DNA from: an uncultured Spirochaetota bacterium
Lineage (GTDB): Bacteria > Spirochaetota > Spirochaetia > SZUA-6 > Fen-1364
NCBI GenBank assembly: GCA_963845535.1
Contig: CAWJSK010000015.1
Span: 10,013 to 74,012 of the forward strand
DNA: 64,000 bases
Reading direction: 5' to 3'
The stretch's first letter is position 1. Every line of letters begins with the position of its first letter. The notes under the pieces are model-generated. The model was not told the origin of the DNA and ran no database searches. It worked only from the letters and a program-made list of their open reading frames with translations. This document shows, in pieces, positions 41,191-48,728 of the stretch. The position numbers and the translations under genes are program-made.

Positions 41191-41367
41191 CTACTTTTGG
41201 GCAGCCAGGAACGCCTCCACCTCAGCCGCCTTGATGAACCCCAGCGCAACCGCTATGTCACCGAAGTGCCGCTTGTCGCCCGAGGCCTTTGCGCGTGCGA
41301 CCTCGTCCACCTGGGACTGATTCATTGAGCCCATCCTGATCGTGAAGTCACCTATTCGCTCTGGCAT
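41191..41367 (-). CDS. hypothetical small protein (58 aa)
   Basis: MPERIGDFTIRMGSMNQSQVDEVARAKASGDKRHFGDIAVALGFIKAAEVEAFLAAQK. It has two weak LG-I-x-EQV-type half repeats. Confidence 0.4.
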   Translation of the reverse strand: MPERIGDFTIRMGSMNQSQVDEVARAKASGDKRHFGDIAVALGFIKAAEVEAFLAAQK

Positions 41368-41731
41368 AGCGGAAGTATAGGCGGGGAAGCGGCACGTCGC
41401 AAGCCGAGAATGCAGCTGCTGCCTCATGGTGACAAAACCCCCGCCGCCCCCGTGTTGCGGTCCTTCTCGCTCTCCGCGCAGCTTCGAACCTTAGAAAGAA
41501 GTCGGTCCTATTTGTCTCTCTCGGCCCAGTGGCCCGGCAATACTTTCCAGAGGCTGTACGCGGCCGCCGAGAACGCCTGATGAAACGGCGGCAGGAACTA
41601 CCTCGAGCTGCAGGACGCCCAGAACAAGCTCAGTAGCAAGCCGAATAGGCCCCAGTACGATTGACATCGCGTGATTTGGATTGATACCTTTACTCCGTTG
41701 TAGAGGGGATGGTTCGGGTCCGTCTTTGTCT

Positions 41732-41805
41732 GCGTCTATAGCTCAGCTGGATAGAGCAACAGCCTTCTAAGCTGTGGGTCGCCCGTTCGAATCGGGCTAG
41801 ACGCA
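41732..41805 (+). tRNA. tRNA-Arg (anticodon UCU)
   Basis: Acceptor GCGTCTA/TAGACGC, D arm GCTC-AGCTGGATA-GAGC, anticodon stem ACAGC/GCTGT, loop CTTCTAA, T arm GCCCG-TTCGAAT-CGGGC. Confidence 0.92.
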
Positions 41806-41822
41806 CTTAAGTATTTAGATAT

Positions 41823-41993
41823 AATAAAAAGAATTAGAAGGGCGGAGCGAAATCCGGCGAGCTCCCGCGCTACTACAGCCACAGCCTGTTTGTTGGTCTT
41901 ACCCTGAGCACGATTTTGAAGTACTTCTTGACGGGCTTCCAACAGTCTTGTTCCAGCGCAGAGAGTTACGGGATTGGCTGACCGGTTCCTCCA
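41823..41993 (-). mobile_element. possible IS110-family transposase C-terminal remnant
   Basis: The minus-strand translation ...TRLLEARQEVLQNRAQGKTNKQAVAVVARELAGFRSALL resembles the GK..K.A.VAVARKLA..IWA tail of IS110/IS902 transposases. There is no intact ORF and the match is from memory only. Confidence 0.25.
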
Positions 41994-42119
41994 GTCCTCC
42001 GCCCACACCATCCCCCAACCTTCTCCTCCGGCAGCGCCACCTGTCACATTGTCCTGACCTTGCGCGTCATAAGAGTGAGGGCAACGAGTGAATGAAAGTC
42101 GCCCGACGATGGAGGTACC

Positions 42120-42503
42120 ATGACCCAAATGATGAGGGTGGTATATATACACCAGTTTGTAAGCAGCCAAGACAAGGCGCTCGATTTCTACACAAGAGCG
42201 CTTGGCTTCGAGAAGCGCACTGACAGCCCGACACCCGACGGACCGTGATTCCTCACCGTCGCGGCCAAAGGCCAGGACTTTGAGCTTGTACTCTGGACGG
42301 GGAAGCCTGGGGAGGCTCAGCCGGTCTTCGGCCGCATCCCCACGTCGGTCACAATCGAGACCCCGGATTGCCGAAGGACGTTCGAAGAGCTGAAATCGCG
42401 CGGCGTGAGTTTTGAGACGGAGGTGCTTGAGATGCCTTTTGGCTGGGTTGCGGTGTTTTTAGATCCGGACGGCAATCGGTTGCAGTTGCGGCAAGGCCGC
42501 TAG
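42120..42503 (+). pseudogene. VOC (glyoxalase/bleomycin-resistance) family gene with an in-frame TGA at codon 43
   Basis: GGAGG then ATG 42120. MTQMMRVVYIHQFVSSQDKALDFYTRALGFEKRTDSPTPDGP-TGA(42246-48)-FLTVAAKGQDFELVLW...FLDPDGNRLQLRQGR is one continuous frame. Confidence 0.7.
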
Positions 42504-42535
42504 GCCGCTGGGGTGCGCCCAAGGGAAGGCGGGTT

Positions 42536-43441
42536 GTGCAAGGATTTGACGACGAATGGCTTGCGAAGCGTTTTCAAGAGCAAAGGCCCAGGCTGAAGTC
42601 CGTGGCCCAGAGGATGCTAGGATCATCGGCCGAGGCAGAGGACGCCGTACAGGAGGCCTGGTTGAGGCTGTCGAGGGCCGACTCGTCTTCCATCGACAAC
42701 CTGGGAGCCTGGCTCACTACAGTGGTGGCAAGGGTGAGTCTGGACCAGCTGAGGCGTCGCAAAGTCAGGGGGGAAGAAGAACAACTGGATGAGGAGGCTC
42801 TGGTTCCGGCAGCTTTGGAGAACTCCGTGGAGCCGGACCACGAGCTTCTCCTCGCCGAGTCGGTGGAGCAGGCCATGATCTTGGTGTTGGACCGCCTGGC
42901 CCCGGCCGAACGGGTAGCCTATGTTCTTCATGACCTTTTTGACCTCCCCTTTGGCGACATCGCGAGCATTTTGGAACGCAGCGAAGAGAGCGCCCGCCAG
43001 CTGGCCAGCCGCGCACGGAGGCGCGTGAGGATCGCCAGGGAAAGCGGCCAGGTCCACAATCGCAACAACAGGCAGGTCGTCGAGGCATTCCTGGCCGCTT
43101 CGCGCCTGGGTGACTTTTCGGCGTTGCTGAGATTGCTGGATCCTCAGGTGGTTCTGAAGGCCGATGCCATCGCCGTTCAGATCGCTGCATCAAATCGGGC
43201 CAAAGGCGCACCTTTGTTTGAGCCTGAAGTGAAAGGACCAGAGCACGTTGCGAAGGCCTTTAGCGGAAGGGCCCGGGGAGCGCGCTTGGCGATGGTGGCC
43301 GGTGAAGTCGGCGCGGTCTGGTTTGACGAAGTTGTGCGGGCGGTTTTCATCTATAAGGTTAAGACAGGCCTGGTCCAGGAAATCGAAATAGTGATGGAAC
43401 CGGGCCGATTGCAGGCCATGAGCATCAGCTTGTTGGAATAG
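42536..43441 (+). CDS. ECF-type RNA polymerase sigma factor with SnoaL-like C-terminal extension (SigJ-like)
   Basis: Region 2 DAVQEAWLRL, region 4 ERVAYVLHDLFDLPFGDIASILERSEESARQLASRARRRV, plus a ~120-aa extension. GTG start. Confidence 0.8.
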   Translation: MQGFDDEWLAKRFQEQRPRLKSVAQRMLGSSAEAEDAVQEAWLRLSRADSSSIDNLGAWLTTVVARVSLDQLRRRKVRGEEEQLDEEALVPAALENSVEPDHELLLAESVEQAMILVLDRLAPAERVAYVLHDLFDLPFGDIASILERSEESARQLASRARRRVRIARESGQVHNRNNRQVVEAFLAASRLGDFSALLRLLDPQVVLKADAIAVQIAASNRAKGAPLFEPEVKGPEHVAKAFSGRARGARLAMVAGEVGAVWFDEVVRAVFIYKVKTGLVQEIEIVMEPGRLQAMSISLLE

Positions 43442-43488
43442 CCCGCTCTGGAGCCGTCTCGCTTCATAGGAGGACCACTTTCAGAATC

Positions 43489-43530
43489 CCTTCCAAGCTG
43501 TGGGTCGCCCGCTCGAATCGGGCTGGACGC
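43489..43530 (+). repeat. direct repeat of the 3' 42 nt of tRNA-Arg (att-like scar)
   Basis: ccttccaagctgtgggtcgcccgctcgaatcgggctggacgc versus tRNA 41763-41804 ccttctaagctgtgggtcgcccgttcgaatcgggctagacgc: 39 of 42 identical by hand alignment. Confidence 0.85.
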
Positions 43531-43541
43531 GGCGGGGTGGC

Positions 43542-44747
43542 TCAGCCAGCCGTCGCCTCGCGCGCGAGCATTTTCCTCGTCCCGAAGAAAAAGGGAAGAG
43601 ACGCGAGCTGGGCAGCGAGCGAAAAGATCACGAGACCAAGGCGGGACGTGTCGTAGAGCAACCCCATCGCCCAGCTTCCAAGGAACCAGAAGGCGCCGAA
43701 GCCAGAATAGAAGACCCCGAAAGCCGTGCCTCGCTTTTCCTTTGACACCATGGTCGACACGGCCGATTTAAGGACCGACTCCTGCGCACCCATACCGAGT
43801 CCCCACAGCATCACTCCCGCGACAACGAAGACTGGCTCGCGGAAGAGAAAGACAAGGGGGGCGAAGAATGCGGAGATGGTCGAGGCCACGATGATAGCTG
43901 CCATTCCTCTCCTGTCGAACATCCTGCCGAAGACGAACGCGGAAAGAGCATCGACACCCATAGCAACCGAGTAGAGGATGGGGACGAGATTGTCGGGGAG
44001 AATCCGCTGTTTGGCCACGTGATAAGCCATGAGGGGGAAGTCCGCGAAGCCCGCTGCCAGGAAGGCGATGCCGACGAGGTAGAGCCAGTACGCCCCACTC
44101 ATGCCGTTCTTCGGCCGTGGCGGCGATGAGGTCTCAAGCTCGTGTGGACGCGGATAGCGGATCTTCGCCGCGACGAGGAGTGCTATAACAATCAAACCAG
44201 GAATTCCAAGCAGGAGAAAGCCGAGGGAATAGGCCGACAGCTTGTCCGTGGTGCCTTTCAACGTGAGCACGGCGAAGAGCATGATCGGCCCAATGAACGC
44301 GCCGAATTGGTCCATGACCTGTTGAAGGGCGAATCCCTTGCCCGCCCCGACCTCGTTTGCGGCAAACGACGTGAGCGTGTTCTTGGCGGGATGCCTGACG
44401 GCTTTGCCGAAACGCTCTACAACGATGATGCCGCACGCGAAGACCCAGCCGTATCTCGGAGCCAGAGCGAGAGCAGGAACGGCGAACAGGTTGATGCTGT
44501 AGCCGAGAATGGTCATGAACCAGTATCGATGCGTCTTGTCGCTGATGAGTCCCGTGGCAAGGCGAAGCGCGTATCCGATAAGCTCGCCGAGACCCGAAAC
44601 AAACCCGACCGTAGCGGCCGAGGCTCCGAGAAGCAGCAAAAACGGTCCGAGAATGCTTCGGGCGCCTTCGTAGCTCAGGTCGGAGAACAGACTGATCACG
44701 CCGAGCAGCACCAGAAAGGCGTAGGCCGACTTGCGGTTGTCATTCAT
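43542..44747 (-). CDS. MFS transporter
   Basis: About 12 TM helices. Start at MNDNRKSAYAFLVLLG. Confidence 0.8.
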   Translation of the reverse strand: MNDNRKSAYAFLVLLGVISLFSDLSYEGARSILGPFLLLLGASAATVGFVSGLGELIGYALRLATGLISDKTHRYWFMTILGYSINLFAVPALALAPRYGWVFACGIIVVERFGKAVRHPAKNTLTSFAANEVGAGKGFALQQVMDQFGAFIGPIMLFAVLTLKGTTDKLSAYSLGFLLLGIPGLIVIALLVAAKIRYPRPHELETSSPPRPKNGMSGAYWLYLVGIAFLAAGFADFPLMAYHVAKQRILPDNLVPILYSVAMGVDALSAFVFGRMFDRRGMAAIIVASTISAFFAPLVFLFREPVFVVAGVMLWGLGMGAQESVLKSAVSTMVSKEKRGTAFGVFYSGFGAFWFLGSWAMGLLYDTSRLGLVIFSLAAQLASLPFFFGTRKMLAREATAG

Positions 44748-44958
44748 TTTCAAGCAGCCTACCGAATCTCGCGACTTTGTTGAATATCGGGTGATCGCTC
44801 GAACCATCCTTTTCGGGTCGAGAACCCGCTTGCCGTGCCGATAGCAGAAGGGGCCAGAAAACCGCGAGCCCTACGGAGTGATTCCCAACGACGACAATCC
44901 GTTCATCACCGAAAGTTCCGGAAGACTTGAAAAAGGACGCACAATGCCTCGCGATGAC

Positions 44959-44987
44959 TTGACATTATTGGCATATGCTCATAATAT
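44959..44987 (+). promoter_or_regulatory. sigma70-like promoter upstream of the DUF134-NifX gene
   Basis: TTGACA (44959-64), 17 nt, TAATAT (44982-87). The -10 sits in the palindrome TCATAATATGA. Confidence 0.5.
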
Positions 44988-45059
44988 GACGCTGATGACT
45001 GACCCAGATGAGGTGCTTTCACGCCGCGTCCCCTGAACGAACGCCGGGTCGGCTGCCGC

Positions 45060-45719
45060 GTGCCCGCGCGCGCCTTCAAGCCGGCAGGCGTGCCGGGGCG
45101 CGCTCTGGAGGAAGTGGTCCTCAGCCTGGACGAGGCGGAATCCATCCGCCTCGCGGACCTCGAAGGCCTCTATCAGGAGGCGGCGGCCCTGCGGATGGCC
45201 GTTTCGCGCCAGACCTTCGGACGCATCGTGGAATCGGCGCGGCGCAAGGTGGCAGACGCCATTATTAATGGGAAGCTCCTCCGCATCGAAGGCGGAGAAG
45301 TGGTCATACATGAGGAAGGAGATAAACTGATGAAGGTCGCGGTCCCCGCTCGGGAAGGTCAAGTGGATGAGCATTTCGGACACTGTGAGCATTTCATGGT
45401 GTATGCCCTCGATGAAGGTCGACACATTGCTTCCGAAGAGAGTGTTGATTCGCCCGAGGGATGCGGCTGCAAGTCGGATATTGCAGGGATCCTTGCGCGG
45501 ATGGGCGTCACCCACATGGTGGCAGGAGGCATGGGGGAGGGCGCTGTCCGCGTCATGCAGGCGCACGGCATACAGGTGGTCCGGGGCGCAAGCGGCGGCA
45601 CACGTGCGGCCGTGGAACGGCTTGGCGCGGGAGCCTTGGCTGACTCAGGCACGACATGCGCCGGGCACGAAGGCCAGCATGGCCATGCCCATGATCACGG
45701 CAAGGACTGCCATCATTGA
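45060..45719 (+). CDS. DUF134 (putative DNA-binding) fused to a NifB/NifX-type FeMo-cofactor-binding-like domain, His-rich tail
   Basis: FKPAGVPGRALEEVVLSLDEAESIRLADLEGL... (DUF134), then MKVAVPAREGQVDEHFGHCEHFMVY...GGMGEGA (NifX-like), then GHEGQHGHAHDHGKDCHH. The conserved N-terminus continues upstream to 45012 without a canonical start. Confidence 0.7.
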   Translation: MPARAFKPAGVPGRALEEVVLSLDEAESIRLADLEGLYQEAAALRMAVSRQTFGRIVESARRKVADAIINGKLLRIEGGEVVIHEEGDKLMKVAVPAREGQVDEHFGHCEHFMVYALDEGRHIASEESVDSPEGCGCKSDIAGILARMGVTHMVAGGMGEGAVRVMQAHGIQVVRGASGGTRAAVERLGAGALADSGTTCAGHEGQHGHAHDHGKDCHH

Positions 45720-45847
45720 TCAGGGAAGTCGACCCTTCTCGCCCTGGGCCCTCCGAACGCGGTTGCCCCGGGTGCCAGGAAGGCGAGAAAAAGATTGAGC
45801 AGCAGTTGGTTCCGGGGCGTCCAGCCTGCGCGGTGTCGCTTTATCCT

Positions 45848-47071
45848 TTAGAACATCGGTGTTGGCACGTCGCCCCATCCCGTCCCTCCCGGCGTATCCT
45901 CGACCTGAAGAACCTCATTCGAGTGGAGGTGAATGTCGACAAAAAAGCTCGGGACGCGAACGTCGTTGATTCCGAAATCTGCCGCGGCAGACGGAATCTG
46001 CTGATTGCCCCGCACCTCGATGAAAATGATCCGCCGCATCATTGCCGGGCTGTCGTGCGTCATCGGACCCATGTGGCTCATGTGGCCGCCCCCCTGCAGA
46101 TGGCCCATGGGATTGATGACGTAGTCAGTGATCATGGGGAGGGTTTGATGACGCTGGAAGAGCATCCAGTCAGGTCCCGTGTTGGCAATCATCCCCTGCA
46201 TCACGTAGTTGACCGGGACGACATACGCCAGGGTGCGCGCACCCTGATTCGCCTGCATGGTGCGTAAACGCTCAGCGACACGCGAATCGCTCTCAGCACT
46301 CTGAAGAAGACTGTTGGCCATCGGCACGTCGTCGGGAAGGATGCTGATCACATCAACTCCGTCGACTGTTTCCAAGGGCAGATGGGCAACCGTGTACGCC
46401 CGCAAGCCAAAGCCGACCGCCGCGACTCCTCCGACGAGCACAACAAGCAGAACAACAGCGTTCAGCAGCCGTAGCGGCCGCGCCGCCGCCCGCCGTTGGT
46501 TCAGGCGCGGGAAGAACGTGCCTGTTCGCTCCCGGTATTCCTGATAGGACTCACCGTAGCGTCGGAGCATGCGCTGCTCCTCGTCCTTTGCCAGGAGGTA
46601 GTAAAGGAACATCATTATCCCGAGAAATATCAGCGTCAGGAAACGAGGCCACAGGATGGCAAGTCCTGCTCCCGCCATGACCAATCCCGTGTATTGAGGA
46701 TGGCGCATGAGAGCATAGAATCCGCGGCTGGCTACGCCCCATTTCAGCATCTTGCCCAAGTATACCTGCGCTGCGCAGATGAGAAAGATGAGGGTCCCTA
46801 CGATGAACAGAATGGACCCCAGAACCCGCAATCCGACCAGAAGGGGTGTCGGCGGGACGATCATGTGAGGGAGGAAGAACGCCGTGAGCCAGCGAGTCCC
46901 TCCCCATTTGTTCAACCCTAAAAGGATGGGATTGAAGACGGAATAGAAGAAGAACGCAAACGGGCTGATCATGATGACGATTTCCAGCGCAGCGATGAAG
47001 TACACGAGAGCCACGCCGCCGACCAGATAGCCTCGTCCGCGTCCCTTTTCAGCATTTTGATTCTGAATCAT
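45848..47071 (-). CDS. isoprenylcysteine carboxyl methyltransferase (ICMT/PEMT)-like membrane domain fused to an unknown extracytoplasmic domain
   Basis: GFYALMRHPQYTGLVMAG...RMLRRYGESYQEYRERTGTFFP, then a TM helix and a ~210-aa domain with the Met/His-rich stretch HLQGGGHMSHMGPMTHDSPAMM. Confidence 0.7.
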   Translation of the reverse strand: MIQNQNAEKGRGRGYLVGGVALVYFIAALEIVIMISPFAFFFYSVFNPILLGLNKWGGTRWLTAFFLPHMIVPPTPLLVGLRVLGSILFIVGTLIFLICAAQVYLGKMLKWGVASRGFYALMRHPQYTGLVMAGAGLAILWPRFLTLIFLGIMMFLYYLLAKDEEQRMLRRYGESYQEYRERTGTFFPRLNQRRAAARPLRLLNAVVLLVVLVGGVAAVGFGLRAYTVAHLPLETVDGVDVISILPDDVPMANSLLQSAESDSRVAERLRTMQANQGARTLAYVVPVNYVMQGMIANTGPDWMLFQRHQTLPMITDYVINPMGHLQGGGHMSHMGPMTHDSPAMMRRIIFIEVRGNQQIPSAAADFGINDVRVPSFFVDIHLHSNEVLQVEDTPGGTGWGDVPTPMF

Positions 47072-47559
47072 TGTTTCCCTCCGCTTGGCATTTCATGGGG
47101 AAGGCGCCGCCTCCTGACTCCCACGGATGGCCCGCTGTTGACCAGCGTCTCCAGAAGCCATGCCCTCCCGCCGTTGTGCGTGCCCGCCAGCCGTGCATCC
47201 CAATCCTCAAGCATGGCGCGCAGGTCGTCGCGCAGACTCCGAAGGGCGCGGATGCGACTCTCCAGCTCTTCCAGTTTTTTCGCCGCGAGCGCGCGCACTT
47301 GCTTGCAGGGAGCGCCGCCTTGGTCCCGAACTTTGAGGAACCTGGCCAGCTCGTCCAGCGCGAACCCGACCGAAAGAGCATGCTGCACGAGCATCACCCG
47401 AGGTAGCGCGTCCGGCGGGTATTCGCGGTAGCCGTTTGAAGCCCGCCGTGAGGTAAGCAGGCCCTTGCGTTCGTAATGGCGCAGGGTGTCCGTGCTGAGC
47501 CCCGCCAGCCTGGCCAACTCGCCCGAACGCAACGGACCGCTTTTTATTGGATCACCCAT
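47068..47559 (-). CDS. MerR family transcriptional regulator
   Basis: HTH GELARLAGLSTDTLRHYERKGLL and a coiled-coil dimerisation helix. ATGA overlap with the downstream ICMT-like gene. Confidence 0.88.
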   Translation of the reverse strand: MGDPIKSGPLRSGELARLAGLSTDTLRHYERKGLLTSRRASNGYREYPPDALPRVMLVQHALSVGFALDELARFLKVRDQGGAPCKQVRALAAKKLEELESRIRALRSLRDDLRAMLEDWDARLAGTHNGGRAWLLETLVNSGPSVGVRRRRLPHEMPSGGKQ

Positions 47560-47565
47560 GATGGG

Positions 47566-47597
47566 AATATAAACCCTGGAACGAATTCCAGGGTCAA
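47566..47597 (-). promoter_or_regulatory. MerR-type promoter: -35 TTGACC, 19-bp spacer containing a 9-bp inverted repeat, -10 TTATAT
   Basis: The minus strand reads CTTGACCCTGGAATTCGTTCCAGGGTTTATATTCCCATCATG. The dyad is ACCCTGGAA (47573-81) / TTCCAGGGT (47586-94). The ATG follows only 7 nt after the -10. Confidence 0.65.
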
Positions 47598-47675
47598 GAA
47601 GTCTCTTGCGCTGTACTTCGCGATCATGTTCATGATAACGTTTCCAAAGTGCCGGCTGCTAGGAGGTAGATATTA

Positions 47676-47711
47676 ATGCCACTCTCGTTGAGCGAATGGA
47701 ACGCACAGTGA
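47676..47711 (+). CDS. possible 11-codon upstream ORF with a strong SD
   Basis: AGGAGG (47661-66) then ATG 47676: MPLSLSEWNAQ. Its TGA overlaps an in-frame GTG (47708) of the downstream gene as GTGA. Confidence 0.3.
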   Translation: MPLSLSEWNAQ

Positions 47712-48040
47712 TCAAGACCATGATCCAGGCCGGCATTTGCGGCTTCACGACCACAGTGAGAGCCCGTTCGGAAAATCTGCAGAACGTGACCCTTGAAATG
47801 GAGAGCACCTGCGATAAGATTCGCATGCTTGCCGCTGCGCTGAAAGAGCCCGTTGATGCATATCAGGAGATCGGCGATGGTTTCGACGGTGTGATCCTGC
47901 GGACAGTCCGCACGCACCTCAAAGGCTGCTGCGCTGGCTGCGTGGTGCCCAGCGGAATCTTCAAGACAGTTCAGGTTGCGGGGGGCGTCGCACTCCCCGC
48001 GTCTATCTCTTTCATAATTGAAAAGACGGAGAATGATTGA
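47696..48040 (+). CDS. hypothetical Cys-rich protein (~110 aa)
   Basis: GICGFTTTV...STCDKI...LKGCCAGCVVPSG. The start is ambiguous (ATG 47696, GTG 47708 or ATG 47720). Confidence 0.55.
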   Translation: MERTVIKTMIQAGICGFTTTVRARSENLQNVTLEMESTCDKIRMLAAALKEPVDAYQEIGDGFDGVILRTVRTHLKGCCAGCVVPSGIFKTVQVAGGVALPASISFIIEKTEND

Positions 48041-48231
48041 GGCGATCGTGAGAGCGCAACGAATTTCGCCGAGCCCATTTTAGATCAGCCAGAGCAATCC
48101 ATAGCCAACAGGTGTGGGAGAGGGCTGAGCACCCTCCTCGGGCCGCAAGGCCATGCCGGAATCCTGAGGGGGGGCCAAATTGGCGAAACCCGCGGGACAA
48201 CGGGGCAGGGTCTGCCAGCTCCTCGGTGCTC

Positions 48232-48597
48232 TCAGATGGTGCGTCTTCGCCCTGCCGGGACAGCACTGACCATCCCATTCAAAGCCCGACGCTGCTTCTC
48301 GAATTTGTTGCGAACGACCCGCTCCACGCCCTCTGTCACCGCTTTGTAGCAATCGCAGGAAAGCCGGTAGTACGTCGAGGTGCCTTCCTTGCGATCCTCT
48401 TCAATTACCCCGGCAGCCTTGAGAATGGACAGGTGTTTAGAGACAGTCGATCCATCGGCGCCCACCATTTCCGTGAGTTCACAGACACAATAGGGTTTTT
48501 CCTCGAGCTTCTCTACCATGAACAGCCGGCTCGGGTGGGCGAGCGCCTTCAATACCTCTGCCCGCGATCTAGCTCGCAGCTTTTCGTTTTCGGTCAT
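48232..48597 (-). CDS. ArsR/SmtB family metalloregulator with CVC motif
   Basis: Start at MTENEK. LKALAHPSRLFMVEKLEEKPYCVCELTEMVGADGSTVSKHLSILKAAGVI. Confidence 0.88.
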   Translation of the reverse strand: MTENEKLRARSRAEVLKALAHPSRLFMVEKLEEKPYCVCELTEMVGADGSTVSKHLSILKAAGVIEEDRKEGTSTYYRLSCDCYKAVTEGVERVVRNKFEKQRRALNGMVSAVPAGRRRTI

Positions 48598-48604
48598 TCT
48601 TGGC

Positions 48605-48643
48605 TCCTTGGCAATATTATCATGAATTGTTCTCGGGGTCAAT
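48605..48643 (-). promoter_or_regulatory. promoter-operator module copy 1 (upstream of the arsR-like gene)
   Basis: Minus strand: TTGACC (48637-42), 17 nt, TAATAT within TGATAATATTGCCA (48609-22), then AGGAGCCAAGAATG. Confidence 0.6.
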
Positions 48644-48728
48644 GGGCGCCGCAGCACGTGTCAAGGCGCCGCCGCACGTCACACCACAAGAACATGTGCG
48701 CTGCGGCCGAGCCGCAACGCATGACCGC

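Noticed and set aside
41700-41731. Degenerate copy of the tRNA-Pro T-arm (atggttcgggtccgtc versus gtggttcgaatccactc) as attR of the low-GC islet.
   Set aside because: Only about 10 of 13 core positions match and there is no acceptor-stem similarity. This is too weak to call a repeat by eye.
42246-42248. In-frame TGA in the VOC gene as selenocysteine or Trp recoding.
   Set aside because: TGA is used as an ordinary stop by many confident genes in the window (thiL, thiE, the CytX-like permease, sufC and others). No SECIS-like hairpin is obvious downstream, and the expected residue is Arg (CGA).
44959-44990. Fifth member of the TGGCAATATTGCCA operator family at the DUF134-NifX promoter.
   Set aside because: The promoter has the same -35/-10 style, but its dyad is a different sequence (TCATAATATGA, plus TGGCATATGCTCA in the spacer). 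The similarity is not convincing without a statistical motif scan.
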